Shown here in pieces: positions 54,965 through 64,000 of a stretch of 64,000 bases of DNA (position 1 is its first letter; each line of letters begins with the position of its first letter). This stretch comes from a virus (taxonomy: Duplodnaviria; Heunggongvirae; Uroviricota; Caudoviricetes): the IMG/VR virus record IMGVR_UViG_3300021138_000004; one strand, given 5' to 3'. Below the pieces are notes generated by a model. The model worked only from the letters and a program-made list of their open reading frames with translations, was not told where the DNA came from and ran no database searches. A program made the translations under genes and the position numbers.

Positions 54965-55732
54965 ATGACTAATTTGTGTATTTATGGTTGCGGGAAAGAA
55001 GGTATTATCAAGAATAAATCAAATCCGGGTTGGCGATGTGCAGTAAGCCCGAATAGTTGCGCAGGTATTAAGGCTAAGAAGAGGCAAATTCTTATTGATA
55101 CATACGGTGTGACGAACGTAAGTCAAATTCCGGAAGTGCTGGCTAAAAAGAAAAACACATGGATAGAAAACTATGGAGTTGATAATCCTTCGAAAGCAAA
55201 AGTGATTGTTGATAAAATTAAAGATAGTTGGGAAGCTATTAACACTAAACGAAAACTAACGATGTTGAAAAAATACGGTACTGAAAGTTATAACAGCACA
55301 GATGAATTTAAAGATCGCAGAAAGAAAACATGGATGGAAAAATATGGAGTCGATAATCCTACCAAAAACGAAGAAATCCTTCATAAATCTATGTTATCTA
55401 ATGCAAAATCGGAATATCGAACAAAAACACTTACATTGCCTAGCGGTAAGATTATTAGATATCAGGGATTTGAAGACCAAGTAATAATGGATTTATTAAA
55501 TTCAGGGGTTCACGAAGATGATATCGTAACAGGACCAGGAAATGTTCCGCATATTAAATATGAGTTTGAAGGAAAGAGCTGTAGATATTATCCAGACATA
55601 TATCTTCCAAAACTTAACAAAATTATTGAAGTAAAATCTCAATATACTTGGGACAAATATAAAGAACGAAATGCAGCAAAGGTTGCTGCTACTAAGTCTG
55701 CAGGGTTTGAAGTTGAGGTTATTATTAAATGA
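54965..55732 (+). CDS. putative nuclease (possible homing endonuclease): N-terminal Cys cluster, three YGV(D/T)NP repeats, C-terminal PD-(D/E)xK-like motif
   Basis: CIYGCGKEG...CAGIK; YGVTNV / YGVDNPSK / YGVDNPTK; YYPDIYLPKLNKIIEVKS. Confidence 0.45.
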   Translation: MTNLCIYGCGKEGIIKNKSNPGWRCAVSPNSCAGIKAKKRQILIDTYGVTNVSQIPEVLAKKKNTWIENYGVDNPSKAKVIVDKIKDSWEAINTKRKLTMLKKYGTESYNSTDEFKDRRKKTWMEKYGVDNPTKNEEILHKSMLSNAKSEYRTKTLTLPSGKIIRYQGFEDQVIMDLLNSGVHEDDIVTGPGNVPHIKYEFEGKSCRYYPDIYLPKLNKIIEVKSQYTWDKYKERNAAKVAATKSAGFEVEVIIK

Positions 55733-55935
55733 TCATGATCAAATGGCTAGGTACAACATTACTTGTATCAGCAAACGTATGTCGTGCATTTAATTTTCAT
55801 ATAGCTGATATGGCCTGTACCTTAATTGGTGCAGGCCTTTGGGCGTATGCAGCATGGCGAACAAACGATAAGGCTCTGATAGCTGTTAATGCAGTGTCAG
55901 TAGCACTTATGACAATAGGATTATACAATGCATAA
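55729..55935 (+). CDS. small membrane protein (68 aa)
   Basis: ORF track; ATGA overlap. Confidence 0.55.
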   Translation: MIMIKWLGTTLLVSANVCRAFNFHIADMACTLIGAGLWAYAAWRTNDKALIAVNAVSVALMTIGLYNA

Positions 55936-56134
55936 GGAGAGTAACTTGGGAAACAAAATAACTGTTACTAGTGATAGAACGAAGACTATTAACGAACATG
56001 GTTTTGAAGACGAAACTATCGAAATTGATGCCGATTTCGATGAATCGATTTCACCAGAAACTGTTCAAGAATTGCTAAAAGCAATAGCAGACACAGCAAT
56101 CTACGAATTAGAAAACATTAAAGGAGATATTTAA
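55928..56134 (+). CDS. small acidic protein (68 aa)
   Basis: ORF track. Confidence 0.55.
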   Translation: MHKESNLGNKITVTSDRTKTINEHGFEDETIEIDADFDESISPETVQELLKAIADTAIYELENIKGDI

Positions 56135-56232
56135 CTAAGTGGAGATGAGTGTCCATTCTAAGGTAAACATAAACGTAATAATGTAAATACATGACTGATA
56201 GTTCCTTTTCAACTGTTAGAGTCGGTGGATCC
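56130..56232 (-). pseudogene. possible remnant of a Seg-like HEG 5' end
   Basis: about 35-bp near-repeat of the RBS/start region of HEG 46744..47424 (ctgatagttcctt...aactgttagagt), followed by only a 24-codon ORF. Confidence 0.3.
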
Positions 56233-56274
56233 TGCAAGATCGCGATCGACAATTTTATTTAGTAAGGAACAAAA

Positions 56275-56490
56275 TTGAAAGAAGAATTAATTGAATTAGA
56301 AGGTGTTGTGGAAGAATGTTTGCCCAACACTCTGTTTCGTGTGAAGCTAAATGAAGCACACACTATTCTTGCTATGATTAGCGGAAAAATGAGACAAAAT
56401 CGCATCCGTATATTAACGGGCGATCTAGTTAAAGTAGAAATGTCGGCCTACGATTTAACCAAGGGTAGGATCACTTACCGAAGTAAGTGA
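56275..56490 (+). CDS. infA: translation initiation factor IF-1 homologue (S1-like OB fold), TTG start
   Basis: [54 protein letters not shown] closely follows bacterial IF-1 (LPNxxFRVxLENGHxVxAHISGKMRKNYIRILxGDKVxVELTPYDLSKGRI); AAGGA RBS. Confidence 0.75.
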   Translation: MKEELIELEGVVEECLPNTLFRVKLNEAHTILAMISGKMRQNRIRILTGDLVKVEMSAYDLTKGRITYRSK

Positions 56491-56495
56491 TCCGC

Positions 56496-57008
56496 TTAAC
56501 CCAAGTAAACAGCCCATTCAGGATATTTTAGGTCGATATTCATAGCTTTGCGCTTTTCGACCAATTCCCAATAACTAGGCTTATGTGGAACCTTTGCAGG
56601 CTTAATACGCTTGTCGTTGCCCTTGCGACCATTACAAGGCGAACACGCTGTTGCAGAGTTCTCAAATGTACTTTTACCGCCGTGACTGATTGGCAGCACG
56701 TGGTCTAGTGTTGCGGTCTTTTTAGTTACTGCAACACCGCAATATTGACATTTGAATTCATCTCGAAGATAAACGTTCATCTTCGAGAATCGAACATGCG
56801 CTTTCTTCTTCTGAAATTCCTTAAGCATAATAATGGAAGGAACGCGGGTTTCCCAGGTAGCAGAACGTACAATCCAGTCATTATGCCATTCTAGAACATT
56901 AACTTTGTCTAGAACTAGGTAACGAATAGCTTCCTGCCATGTGATTGCACTTAATGGCAACATGGAAACAGGGCTTCCGTCCGTGTTTAGCAATAACGTA
57001 TCGATCAC
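56496..57008 (-). CDS. HNH endonuclease
   Basis: CQYCGVAVTKKTATLDHVLPISHGGKSTFENSATACSPCNGRKGND. Confidence 0.8.
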   Translation of the reverse strand: MIDTLLLNTDGSPVSMLPLSAITWQEAIRYLVLDKVNVLEWHNDWIVRSATWETRVPSIIMLKEFQKKKAHVRFSKMNVYLRDEFKCQYCGVAVTKKTATLDHVLPISHGGKSTFENSATACSPCNGRKGNDKRIKPAKVPHKPSYWELVEKRKAMNIDLKYPEWAVYLG

Positions 57009-57044
57009 ACTTCTCCTTGATAAATATTGTTAAGGATCAATTTA

Positions 57045-57665
57045 ATGTATTTACCTAACAAATATACAACATGGTATTATGCTATAATAACACACGCACT
57101 GACTCGTGTCAATGAAAACAGATATGTAGAGAAACATCATATTATACCAATCTCATTGGGTGGTACAAATGATGATGGAAATCTGGTAAAACTTACCGCC
57201 AGAGAACATTTTATATGCCATAGATTGTTAATAAAAATGACTACCGGAATTAATAAACAAAAAATGTGCCATGCTGCATGGGCAATGGCAACTCTTAAAA
57301 ATCCGAAGCAGGAAAGGATAAAAATAACATCAAAAGTATATGAACATTTACGAAGCAATTTATCATTAACAGACGATCACAAAAGAAAAATATCAGAAGC
57401 AAGTCGAGGAATTCCTAGAGGACCGTTTTCGGAAGAACATAAAAGAAACATGCGTAAACCGAAAAGTGAAGAACATAAACGAGCACTTTCGATAGCAAGG
57501 TCTGGTAAAACTTATGGTTATAAACATTCGGAAGAAACGAAAAGAAAAATGTCGGCATCTTCAACTGGAAGATTTCAAGGATCAATGATATGTGAACATT
57601 GCGGAAAAGAAACATCTATTGGAAATCATAATCGTTGGCACGGCATGAAATGTAAGCACCGATAA
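57045..57665 (+). CDS. HNH homing endonuclease with NUMOD3-type repeats
   Basis: EKHHIIPISLGGTNDDGNLVKLTAREHFICHRLL; SEEHKRNMRKPK repeats; ATG chosen over track TTG. Confidence 0.8.
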   Translation: MYLPNKYTTWYYAIITHALTRVNENRYVEKHHIIPISLGGTNDDGNLVKLTAREHFICHRLLIKMTTGINKQKMCHAAWAMATLKNPKQERIKITSKVYEHLRSNLSLTDDHKRKISEASRGIPRGPFSEEHKRNMRKPKSEEHKRALSIARSGKTYGYKHSEETKRKMSASSTGRFQGSMICEHCGKETSIGNHNRWHGMKCKHR

Positions 57666-57673
57666 ATATACAT

Positions 57674-57925
57674 ATGTACGGAAAAACTACCCTTAATGAG
57701 ATCGCTTCGTCTGCTGAAGCATTAAAGACTGCTAGGTCAGAACCTATTCAACAAGAAGCTGCACCTCGTCGCAGCATGGACTTCATTAGAAGTTTGATCC
57801 TAGACCTTCCTATTCAAACCCTTGTAGAAACTCCCGAGCCCGTTGTAGAAGAAATCAAAGTTGTAGAAGATGAATCTATTTCTGAAATTTTAAGATTAGC
57901 GGGCATGAGCAAGAATAAAGTATAG
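57674..57925 (+). CDS. hypothetical protein (83 aa)
   Basis: ORF track. Confidence 0.5.
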   Translation: MYGKTTLNEIASSAEALKTARSEPIQQEAAPRRSMDFIRSLILDLPIQTLVETPEPVVEEIKVVEDESISEILRLAGMSKNKV

Positions 57926-58001
57926 TTATTACTAAATACCCAAAAGGGGATATTAAAACCATGACGGTTATTCTCCTGTAATAAAAAGAGAGGTAATGAC
58001 A

Positions 58002-58454
58002 ATGGATTATAATATTGAAGTCGAAAAGACTAAGATGCAACTTTGGGTATTAAAGCTCATGGCTTTGGCTCTAGGTTCTATCATGGTAGCAACGGTGCTG
58101 GTAATGCTCATAGGTTTGTTTACTCCGAATACAGTTATTGATAACAGAGAAATTTTCAAGATCCTTGGTCCTGCATTTAGCATGGTCGTTGGTGCGTTTG
58201 TAGGTTCTTTTGCTACAATGATGGGTATGAAGACTGAACCGCTTAACCCGAATGCAAAACTACAGGCAGTCAATGACGACCCAACTCCGCCAGCTGCACC
58301 TGCTGTTGCTGCACCGACTGCGGTCGATACACCTGCTGCTCCTGCTGTTGCTGCGCCTGCTGCTGCACCTGCTGATAGCGATGACGATGACGATGACGAC
58401 GATGATGACAAGAGTGATACACCTGCTGCACCAGCAGATCACGGTCCATTCTAA
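58002..58454 (+). CDS. holin-like membrane protein (2 TM) with Pro/Ala-rich and poly-Asp tail
   Basis: TM segments LMALALGSIMVATVLVMLIGLF and FSMVVGAFVGSFATMMG; immediately upstream of the endolysin. Confidence 0.55.
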   Translation: MDYNIEVEKTKMQLWVLKLMALALGSIMVATVLVMLIGLFTPNTVIDNREIFKILGPAFSMVVGAFVGSFATMMGMKTEPLNPNAKLQAVNDDPTPPAAPAVAAPTAVDTPAAPAVAAPAAAPADSDDDDDDDDDDKSDTPAAPADHGPF

Positions 58455-58465
58455 GGAGATATGAA

Positions 58466-59647
58466 ATGCAAGTAACACCACATTTTTCACTACAAGAATT
58501 GACTGTTTCTAATGCTGCTCAGAAACTGCACTTGGCAAATAATCCTCCAGCAGGAACACTGTCAAATATGCAGAATCTATGCAATGGCATTTTAGAAAAA
58601 GTCCGAGCACATTATGGAAAGCCTGTTTCGATACTTTCTTGCTACCGTGCTCCAGATGTAAACAAAGCAGTTGGCGGCTCTGCTGACTCTCAACACGTAA
58701 CTGGCGAAGCTGCTGACTTCATTGTCAAAGGCGTTGCTAACAAAGACGTTGCTGAATGGATCATCGAAAACCTAGAGTATGATCAGGTTATCCTTGAAGC
58801 CTACAGCGACGGACAAAATTGGGTACACGCTTCACTCAGTGCCAGCGGACACAACCGTAAGGAAAAGTTTGTTGTCACTAAGGCGGCTGGAGAAGATTCG
58901 ACTAAGGTTGCAGTCACTGACTTTAACACTGTGCCTGCTGCTGTTGCACCTGTTGTAGCTGCTGCTGCAACTGCTCCTGCAGCGTCTCCTAACCCTTCTG
59001 CTCCTGCTAAGGCACTAACAGGTCTTGCTGCTACAAACGCACTTGCTGCGCTACAAGCTAAATGCGGAATCACAGTTAATGGTACATGGGATGCAACAAC
59101 ATTTAAAGCTGCTATGAAATACTATGGATTGAGCGCAACACGCGCTGCCCACTTTTTTGGCCAATGCAATCACGAAACTGGTAACTTTCATACATTTACT
59201 GAAAACCTTAACTATTCGGACAAGGGATTGGTTGGTATTTTCCATAAGTACTTTCCTACGATTGGGTCAACGGCTGGTTACGCTCGTAACCCGCAGAAGA
59301 TTGCAAACAAGGTCTACTCAAACCGAATGGGAAATGGCCCTGAAGCTTCGGGTGATGGCTTTAAGTTTTGTGGTAGAGGTGCGGTCCAACTCACGGGTCG
59401 TTCCAACTATCAGGCTTTTGCTGACTACATCAAAAGACCAGACGTAATGACTAATCCGCAGATTGTTGCCACTGAATTGGCATTCGAATCTGCACTATTC
59501 TTCTTTGAACGCAATCACCTTTGGGCAATTGCTGACAAAGGATTAGATACCGCAACTATTACTGCGGTTACTAAGAGAGTAAACGGCGGAACAATCGGTC
59601 TACCTGATCGTATTGCTAAAACTAAGTTGTTTGCCTCTTGGGCATGA
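58466..59647 (+). CDS. bifunctional endolysin: N-terminal M15-family peptidase plus C-terminal GH19/lysozyme-like domain
   Basis: SCYRAPDVNKAVGGSADSQHVTGEAADF (M15 SxHxxGxAxD signature); Ala/Pro linker; C-terminal AHFFGQCNHETGNF...CGRGAVQLTGRSNY (GH19-like). Confidence 0.75.
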   Translation: MQVTPHFSLQELTVSNAAQKLHLANNPPAGTLSNMQNLCNGILEKVRAHYGKPVSILSCYRAPDVNKAVGGSADSQHVTGEAADFIVKGVANKDVAEWIIENLEYDQVILEAYSDGQNWVHASLSASGHNRKEKFVVTKAAGEDSTKVAVTDFNTVPAAVAPVVAAAATAPAASPNPSAPAKALTGLAATNALAALQAKCGITVNGTWDATTFKAAMKYYGLSATRAAHFFGQCNHETGNFHTFTENLNYSDKGLVGIFHKYFPTIGSTAGYARNPQKIANKVYSNRMGNGPEASGDGFKFCGRGAVQLTGRSNYQAFADYIKRPDVMTNPQIVATELAFESALFFFERNHLWAIADKGLDTATITAVTKRVNGGTIGLPDRIAKTKLFASWA

Positions 59648-59662
59648 GAGGAGAATACTAAG

Positions 59663-59899
59663 ATGAACTTCAGTGCAATTGGAAATTACATCCATCAAAT
59701 TCTAGCTGAAAGCAACGGTACGCCAAGTTCGAAGCGTGTAATCGTAATGATCTGCACAATTCTAATGGCTGTGGGTTTTATCGGCAACGAGTTTTATGGA
59801 AAGACTATTGACCCGAACATCTTTAATTCAATTATGTTTGTTGTAATTGGTGGTATGGGGATCACCGGCGCAGAGAAATTTGCACCAAAAGGTTCCTGA
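59663..59899 (+). CDS. small membrane protein (holin/spanin-like, 2 TM)
   Basis: ORF track; GGAG RBS; follows the endolysin. Confidence 0.55.
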   Translation: MNFSAIGNYIHQILAESNGTPSSKRVIVMICTILMAVGFIGNEFYGKTIDPNIFNSIMFVVIGGMGITGAEKFAPKGS

Positions 59900-59967
59900 G
59901 CATTAACTACGCAGTTGTCGTTGCCGCTATAGGATTTAAATATACATATTAATTTAGGAAATAATTA

Positions 59968-60732
59968 ATGACCATTCTTTACATTAATACAGGTTCAAGT
60001 CCTAACAGCGGCGACGGTGATACATTAAGGACTGCATTCAATAAAGTGAATGCTAATTTTTCTTATCTTGCATCAGTTGATCTCACGGCAACTAGTCAAA
60101 CAATTATTAATCTTCAAAACAGCATATCTGCTGTAGAATGGTCTATACCCACCGCTGTCAGTTCATTGACTAATGATGTCGGTTATCTTACATCGAGCAC
60201 AGTTAATCTATATGTTACTAGGCAAAGTGGAGGAAGAGTACTTCTTCAAGACATTGCTGTTACTTCGGCAACTACTCATGTTGCACTAACTGCTTTCAAC
60301 AATGCTGTCTATCTAAATTACGAAATTGAAGTCATTGACGCCACTAAAGGAATGGTAATTCAAATGTCAACAGATGGTGGCGCAACTTATGATAGCGGTA
60401 ACAACTACGATCATTCAAGTGCTGTATGGGGTTCATCGGGATACGATTCAACTTATCAAGGCGAAAATAGTAATTCAATCTTTATGACAGGAGGCAGCAA
60501 TGGTGCACCAGATTCAATGGACATGACCATTAAGTTGTATAATCCTGCCAGTACTACCCGTCATAAACGAGTAAAATTTGATGGTATATTTGCATCAACT
60601 GATGGACACAGTTACGCCACTGTTGGAGGTGGTCGTTATAAGAGTACAAGTACGGTTACTGCAATACAGCTTGTTGGCAATGGCGGTAACATTGTTGATG
60701 GGCGTTATCGATTATACGGTATTCTGATCTAA
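59968..60732 (+). CDS. tail fibre / receptor-binding-like protein
   Basis: N-terminal GDGDTLRTAFNKVNANFSYL, a motif I recall from phage tail-fibre N-termini; Ser/Thr/Gly-rich. Confidence 0.55.
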   Translation: MTILYINTGSSPNSGDGDTLRTAFNKVNANFSYLASVDLTATSQTIINLQNSISAVEWSIPTAVSSLTNDVGYLTSSTVNLYVTRQSGGRVLLQDIAVTSATTHVALTAFNNAVYLNYEIEVIDATKGMVIQMSTDGGATYDSGNNYDHSSAVWGSSGYDSTYQGENSNSIFMTGGSNGAPDSMDMTIKLYNPASTTRHKRVKFDGIFASTDGHSYATVGGGRYKSTSTVTAIQLVGNGGNIVDGRYRLYGILI

Positions 60733-60925
60733 AATAAATGGAATGCACGTAATTATTAGGGCGGCAAACTGTCTGTATCTATGATAATCCGTTAACTGAT
60801 GACAAAGATCTTAATAATTTTAAAGCAGAACAATATAGATTTAACGTATGCCATTTTGGCATTCAATCTACTAACACATAAATAATATCGTGCAGGGACA
60901 ATACAGGCCCGCCGAGGAGAATTAA

Positions 60926-61300
60926 ATGTTAACAAAAATGATCGGTACACCGACAGTAATTACAATGTCGTCTACTCCGCAGACAGTTCCAGTTACTACC
61001 TTTGAATATGGAACAGTAATGGGGCAACCGAATAAGAATATTCCTGCTACTAAAATTAGAATTGCAACTAACTCGCAGCCTGCATATGTTAGCTTTGGAA
61101 CAACCGCTACTACAACTACCAGCGTTATGATTCCTGCAAACTCAGCAGAACATTTTAAGATTGAAGTTCAGACAATTACCACAACCACTACCTACGATTT
61201 CAGCAATGTATATAATACAATCACATTGGCAGTAACGGCTACGGTTAGCGTGTTGTCAGCAGGTACAGGTGGTCTTATTTCCATCGTAGCAGTAGCATAA
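60926..61300 (+). CDS. Thr-rich putative structural protein
   Basis: ORF track; GAGGAG RBS. Confidence 0.5.
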   Translation: MLTKMIGTPTVITMSSTPQTVPVTTFEYGTVMGQPNKNIPATKIRIATNSQPAYVSFGTTATTTTSVMIPANSAEHFKIEVQTITTTTTYDFSNVYNTITLAVTATVSVLSAGTGGLISIVAVA

Positions 61301-61310
61301 GGATACAGCA

Positions 61311-61622
61311 ATGAAAGTCGCAGAATTATTAAGAAAACTAGCAGATGTTATCGCTGCTGCTGAAGGTGGACAGGAAACTGGTGAACTAACGCAACCAAAT
61401 AAAGCTGAACTAACTCCTGCCGAAGCTGATCAAACTGATCATTCCGATGGTAATGTTTTTGTTCCACCGTTGCAACAAAAATTAGAACTCCTAAAGAAAG
61501 CCACAGGTGTCAACAGCGTATACGGTGGAGAAGAAGCAGAAGGTAGTGACGAACTTGCAGACATTAAAAAGAATGCAGGTATAGTTTTTACCGCAGGCGA
61601 AGATAACGACATAGGAGACTAA
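61311..61622 (+). CDS. hypothetical acidic protein (103 aa)
   Basis: ORF track. Confidence 0.55.
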   Translation: MKVAELLRKLADVIAAAEGGQETGELTQPNKAELTPAEADQTDHSDGNVFVPPLQQKLELLKKATGVNSVYGGEEAEGSDELADIKKNAGIVFTAGEDNDIGD

Positions 61623-61627
61623 GTCCT

Positions 61628-64000
61628 ATGGGACATACTAGAAAGGTCAACGCTGGCCTAGCACAAATTGATTCGACGAGATTCGTTGGTGAATACGGAC
61701 ATATTTTCTATGACAATGATACAGGTGCATTAAGACGCAGTGATGGCGAAACTCCGGGTGGATTACCTGTAACAGTTGCATTAACTACCGCTAGTATTGG
61801 CGATTTAGTCATTCAAGGTTCAACAATCAGCACTATTAATGCCAATGAAAATATTGTATTGCAGAGTAATGGGACCGGAGAAATTTCTGTAATTGGATCA
61901 TTTATGGTCCAAACTCCCGGCGGACAACCGGTTTTAGAAATTGCCGATGACGGAACTGTTAGTTATATTGCTCCCACTGTTACTAGCAATGATGTAGCTT
62001 TTGAAATTATTGGCAATGCCAGTGGTACGAGTTTACCACCGACTAATACCGGGGGAATGTTAGAAATAACTGGTCAGCCTAATTTACCAAATAGAATTTA
62101 TTTTGATGCTCAAAATAATTATCCTGTAATTGTTGGTCGTAGATATAATGGTAGTACTGCTGCTCCTACACAAGTTTTAAATACTCAGACTTTTATGCGC
62201 ATTGGTGGAAATCCCTATAATACAGGTGGATTTACCTCATTAGGAACTACTAGAATTGATTTTGTTACCTTAGAAGATCAAACTGTTTCTAATCAAGGAT
62301 CAGCTATTCAATTCTATACCACTCCAATTGGTAACAATCAGCCATTGGTAGGCATGCAAATTAGTAATGAGGGCATCTATCATGCGGCTAATGTGGTTCC
62401 ATTATTGGATGAAGGTAGCAGTTTAGGCAGTCCCACCCAGCGTTGGCAATATGCATATGTTGGCAAAGGTGGCTTATATATTGCTGATAATTCAACTGAT
62501 GCCAATATCCAAATCGCTGTCAATAGTGGCTCATTTTACATTAATGGTGTACAAAACATCGTGCTGGGGCAGATCGTAGTCGCCGGTAGTACACTAGAAT
62601 CCACAGTTCCTTCTAGTGATATCACTATTGGTAATGTAAATGATACTGGCCTGTTTACGGTTAATCGCCAGACCTATATATCAACGCCAAACTTTTCAAC
62701 CAGTACAGCTATATTGACCATTGACGGAGTTAATTCAACTTCAACCATAGCAGATTTGACTATTGCGGGCACATTAATACACGCTGTTAATCAGCCAGGC
62801 CATAATGCTGCTATTGTAGTTGATAGTTATGGTGCAGGCATATGGCCCATATTTATGAGTCGTGCGGCTCGAGGCACAGTGGCGGCGCCATCTGCTGTTC
62901 AAAATGGTGATGTCATCGCTAGCCTTGTAGGTAACGGCTACGGCGGCGGATTCAATTCGGGATATGGTGCTATTCCAAATACCAGTCGTATTGACTTTGT
63001 AGCCACCGACAATTACAGTCCCACGGCCCGTGGCAGTCAGATTGACTTTTGGGCTGTGCAACCCGGAACGACCACATCCACGTTGGTAGCTGCTGTGGAT
63101 TACAAAGGTATTAGAACTCAAGGCATAACTTTTAGTGGCGATGGCAGTTATCAAACCACTGCAGGAGTGCCTGTAACTTCTGTGGGTATCAGCAATGGTA
63201 TTGCACAATTAGGTCCTGATGGTAGACTCGCCGCAAGTCAGATTCCGACCAGTCTTCAGGGTGCAGTTACATTTGCCGGCGGATGGAATGCCAGCACGAA
63301 TACACCTAATCTGGCAAATAACACTAGTACCTACTCGACGGGCACAGAATTTGTAATAACGGTTAGTGGAACTCAAAACCTAGGCACACAAACTGGCAGT
63401 GTAAATTATCTTGCAGGTGGGTTTGTTATATATGGTGCGGGTGTTTGGAATTATAGTCCGAGTGCTAGTGCATTTTTGGGAATAAGTGCAATCAACCATA
63501 TCAGTGTGAATACCGGTACAGGACTCATCCAGGTTTCCAGTGACGCTACTTCTAATAACACCACTTCCACAATAGTTGCCAGAGATGGATTTGGTAATTT
63601 TTCTGCCAATGTTATTACAGCAACATTAAGTGGCGCTGCTACTAGTGCAGGAACAGCAGCAACAGTAACCGGTGCAAGTCAGCCGGCCATTACGAGTGTG
63701 GGCATCCTGTCAGGATTATCTGTATCTAGTACGATAGTCGGTAGTATTCAAACTGCCAACAAACTAACAACTGCAACTACAATTAATGGAGTTACATTTG
63801 ACGGCAGTTCTCCTGTTACCGTTCATACAGCAGGAACTGGCATCAGTATCAGTGGAACAACTGTAACAAACACCGGCGTTGTTAGTACTGCGACGTTAAT
63901 GACAAATGCAGTCAACGCAACTACTGCAAGTTTTGCAACTACGAGTGGATATGCTCAATCATTTAACACATCGACACTGGTAACAAATGCAGTCAACGCA
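61628..64000 (+). CDS. large tail fibre / spike protein, 5' partial (runs off the window end)
   Basis: open frame from ATG 61628 with no stop to 64000; Gly/Thr/Asn/Val-rich with repeated LVTNAVNA units. Confidence 0.65.
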   Translation, partial: MGHTRKVNAGLAQIDSTRFVGEYGHIFYDNDTGALRRSDGETPGGLPVTVALTTASIGDLVIQGSTISTINANENIVLQSNGTGEISVIGSFMVQTPGGQPVLEIADDGTVSYIAPTVTSNDVAFEIIGNASGTSLPPTNTGGMLEITGQPNLPNRIYFDAQNNYPVIVGRRYNGSTAAPTQVLNTQTFMRIGGNPYNTGGFTSLGTTRIDFVTLEDQTVSNQGSAIQFYTTPIGNNQPLVGMQISNEGIYHAANVVPLLDEGSSLGSPTQRWQYAYVGKGGLYIADNSTDANIQIAVNSGSFYINGVQNIVLGQIVVAGSTLESTVPSSDITIGNVNDTGLFTVNRQTYISTPNFSTSTAILTIDGVNSTSTIADLTIAGTLIHAVNQPGHNAAIVVDSYGAGIWPIFMSRAARGTVAAPSAVQNGDVIASLVGNGYGGGFNSGYGAIPNTSRIDFVATDNYSPTARGSQIDFWAVQPGTTTSTLVAAVDYKGIRTQGITFSGDGSYQTTAGVPVTSVGISNGIAQLGPDGRLAASQIPTSLQGAVTFAGGWNASTNTPNLANNTSTYSTGTEFVITVSGTQNLGTQTGSVNYLAGGFVIYGAGVWNYSPSASAFLGISAINHISVNTGTGLIQVSSDATSNNTTSTIVARDGFGNFSANVITATLSGAATSAGTAATVTGASQPAITSVGILSGLSVSSTIVGSIQTANKLTTATTINGVTFDGSSPVTVHTAGTGISISGTTVTNTGVVSTATLMTNAVNATTASFATTSGYAQSFNTSTLVTNAVNA

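Noticed and set aside
62774-63208. 144-aa minus-strand ORF
   Set aside because: It lies antisense within the long uninterrupted plus-strand tail-fibre reading frame.

Overview
This window reads as a segment of a virulent, T4-like tailed phage. rIIA and rIIB homologues are present and an HNH gene sits between them. From 1-29.9 kb there is a leftward (minus-strand) block of about 60 small early-type genes. Almost every one has its own sigma70-like promoter on the minus strand (-35 TTGACA, 16-18 nt spacer, -10 TATAA/TAGTGT) and an AGGAG-type ribosome-binding site. The block carries 2 tRNAs, Lys-UUU and Leu-UAA. The window holds at least 11 homing-endonuclease-like genes (GIY-YIG Seg-like, HNH and a PD-(D/E)xK type), 7 of them in this block. 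At 29.9-30.2 kb there is a divergent control region with three copies of a 14-bp motif. From 30.2-38.5 kb there is a rightward block dominated by a tandem array of about 15 translationally coupled paralogous small genes that share a conserved C-terminal [TA][ML]F-x-L-[RK]-W-[SA] tail. From 39.8-46.1 kb a minus-strand operon encodes a 952-aa double MoxR-like AAA+ ATPase, an HExxH zincin-like protein, a vWA-domain protein and an LRR-like protein. From 48.5-51.6 kb a membrane cluster holds two tandem lipoproteins, two membrane proteins and an SPFH/flotillin-like protein. After that come a SleB-like wall hydrolase, an ATP-dependent DNA ligase, an IF-1 (infA) homologue, and a lysis cassette (holin-like protein, bifunctional M15 peptidase plus GH19 endolysin, small membrane protein). 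The window ends at the start of the tail-fibre genes. Coordinates of features not taken from the ORF track were hand-derived and may be off by 1-2 nt.
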